From: Squalus acanthias
Lineage: Eukaryota
NCBI GenBank assembly: GCA_030390025.1
Contig: CM059432.1
Span: forward strand, 72,914,001-72,978,000
DNA length: 64,000 bases
Direction: 5' to 3'
Of the stretch, positions 62,321 through 64,000 are shown piece by piece. Both the position numbers and the translations under genes were made by a program. Numbering within the stretch: position 1 is the first letter of the stretch; every line of letters starts with the position of its first letter. The notes below the pieces were generated by a model. The model was not told the origin of the DNA and ran no database searches. It was given only the letters and a program-made list of their open reading frames with translations.

Positions 62321-64000
62321 ATAATATAGTCAAGCAGAGTCAGCATGGTTTTATGGAAGGGAAATCATGTTTGACAAATCTGCTGGAGTTCTTTGAGGAT
62401 GTAACGAGCAGGGTGGATAAAGGGGAACCAGTAGCTGTCGTGTATTTGGATTTCCAGAAGGCATTCGATAAGGTACCACATAAAAGGTTACTGCACAAGA
62501 TAAGAGCTCACGGTGTTGGGGGTAATATATTAGCATGGATAGAGGATTGGCTAACTAACAGAAAACAGAGAGTCAGAATAAATGGGTCATTTTCAGGTTG
62601 GCAAACTGTAACTAGCGGGGTGCCGTAGGGATCAGTGCTGGGGCCTCAACTATTTACAATCTATATTAATGACTTGGATGAAGGGACCGAGTATAATGTA
62701 GCCAAATTTGCTGATGATACAAAGATAGGTGGGAAAGCAAATTGTATGGAGAACGCAAAGAATCTCAAAAGGGATATAGATAGGCTAAGTGAGTGGGCAA
62801 AAATCTGGCAGATGGTGTAAAATGTGGGAAAATGCGAGGTTATCCACTTTGGTAGGAAAAATAAAAAAAGCAAATTATTATTTAAATGGGGAGAGATTAC
62901 AAAATGCTGAGGTACAGAGGGATCTGGGGGCCCTTGTACATGAATCACAAAAAGTTAGCATGCAGGTACTGCAAGTAATTAGGAAGGCAAATGGAATGTT
63001 GGCCTTTATTGCAAAGGGAATGTAGTATAAAAGTAGGGAAGTCCTGTTACAACTATAGTGAGACCACACCTGGAGTACTGCATACAGTTTTAGTCTCCTT
63101 ATTTAAGGAAGGATATACTTGCATTGGAGGCAGTTCAGAGAAGGTTCACGAGGTTGATTCCGGAGATGAAGGGGTTGTCTTATGAAGAAAGGTTGAGCAG
63201 GTTGGGTCTATACTCATTGGAGTTTAGAAGAATGAGAGGGGATCTTATTGAAACATATAAGATTCTGAAGGGGCTTGACAGGGTAGATGCAGAGAGGATG
63301 TTTCCCCTCGTGGGGGAATTTAGAACTAGGGGACATAATTTCAGAATAAGGGGGCACCCATTTAAAATGGAAATGAGGAGGAATTTCTTCTCTCAGAGGG
63401 TCTTAAATCTTTGGAATTCTCTTCCCCAGAGAGCTGTGGAGGCTGGGTCATTGAATATATTTAAGGTGGAGATAGACAGATTTTTGCATTGTAAGGGAGT
63501 CAAGGGTTATGGGGAGCGGGCAGCGAAGTGGAGTGAAGGCCAAGATCAGATCAGCCATGATCTTATTGAATGGCAGAGCAGGCTCGAGGGGCCAAATGAC
63601 CTACTCCTGCTCCTATGTCTTATGTTCATATGTCTTATGTTGTAAGTGTGCCCACACAGCTTGGACGCCATTTTTGAGCCTTAGGAGGCTGTGTAGCGCC
63701 TAAAAAACTGGCGTTAAAGAGCCCAATTTCCCCCCCAGGTTGCCTAATGTGTTTATATGACATTCTTCTATCCACTATTTTAATGCAGGAGTTAACCTTT
63801 TTAATTTAAATGGTTTAATACCTTGGTTAAAATAGCAAACAAAAAATTGTCATAAGAAAGCATTAAGCATTTGTCTGCTAATATCGCCAACAATAATGTT
63901 TAGGCTGACAGCTGAATCCTTTGGCCCTGAAATTCCTTGTTCATGATGCCAGTAGTTATATTGCGATCATGCCTGTTAGTGTCCTCCAGCATTGATTCCA

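Larger units (their letters stand above)
61431..63641 (+). mobile_element. CR1 LINE, 5'-truncated, carrying a PLE insertion
   Basis: ORF pieces 61820-62146, 62245-62628 and 63124-63645; tail at ~63640. Confidence 0.92.
57515..63736. mobile_element. Full-structure but inactivated PIF/Harbinger transposon with a CR1 inserted near its right end
   Basis: TIRs gggggagaaattgg / ccaatttccccccc (13/14); convergent Myb/SANT gene (+) and DDE transposase (-). Confidence 0.8.

Overview
This is eukaryotic vertebrate DNA, most likely from a cartilaginous fish (shark-like), inferred from the repeat families. The window is dominated by nested transposable elements and contains no recognisable intact host gene. 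Almost all long ORFs come from CR1 LINEs (APE endonuclease + RT, one copy with part of the ORF1 esterase), a second CR1-group (Zenon-like) LINE, L2 LINEs, Penelope-like elements (PLE; GIY-YIG and DKG motifs) or PIF/Harbinger transposons (DDE transposase + Myb/SANT gene). Harbinger and hAT MITEs, tRNA-derived SINEs (DeuSINE-like, LF-SINE-like, HE1-like) and one or two solo-LTR-like segments are also present. Highlights: (1) two families of minimal hammerhead ribozymes in PLE terminal repeats, with covariation, plus one PLE carrying both a decayed and an intact ribozyme; (2) Harbinger MITEs sharing a roughly 15-bp palindrome-like target, including two apparently independent insertions at the same homologous CR1 nucleotide; (3) a tRNA-like/Pol III module at the end of a solo-LTR-like element; (4) an 11-kb nest of elements that creates an in-frame RT-EN chimeric ORF; (5) one candidate host first coding exon at 45777-45912. 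Family names are assigned by motif recognition only; no database searches were run.
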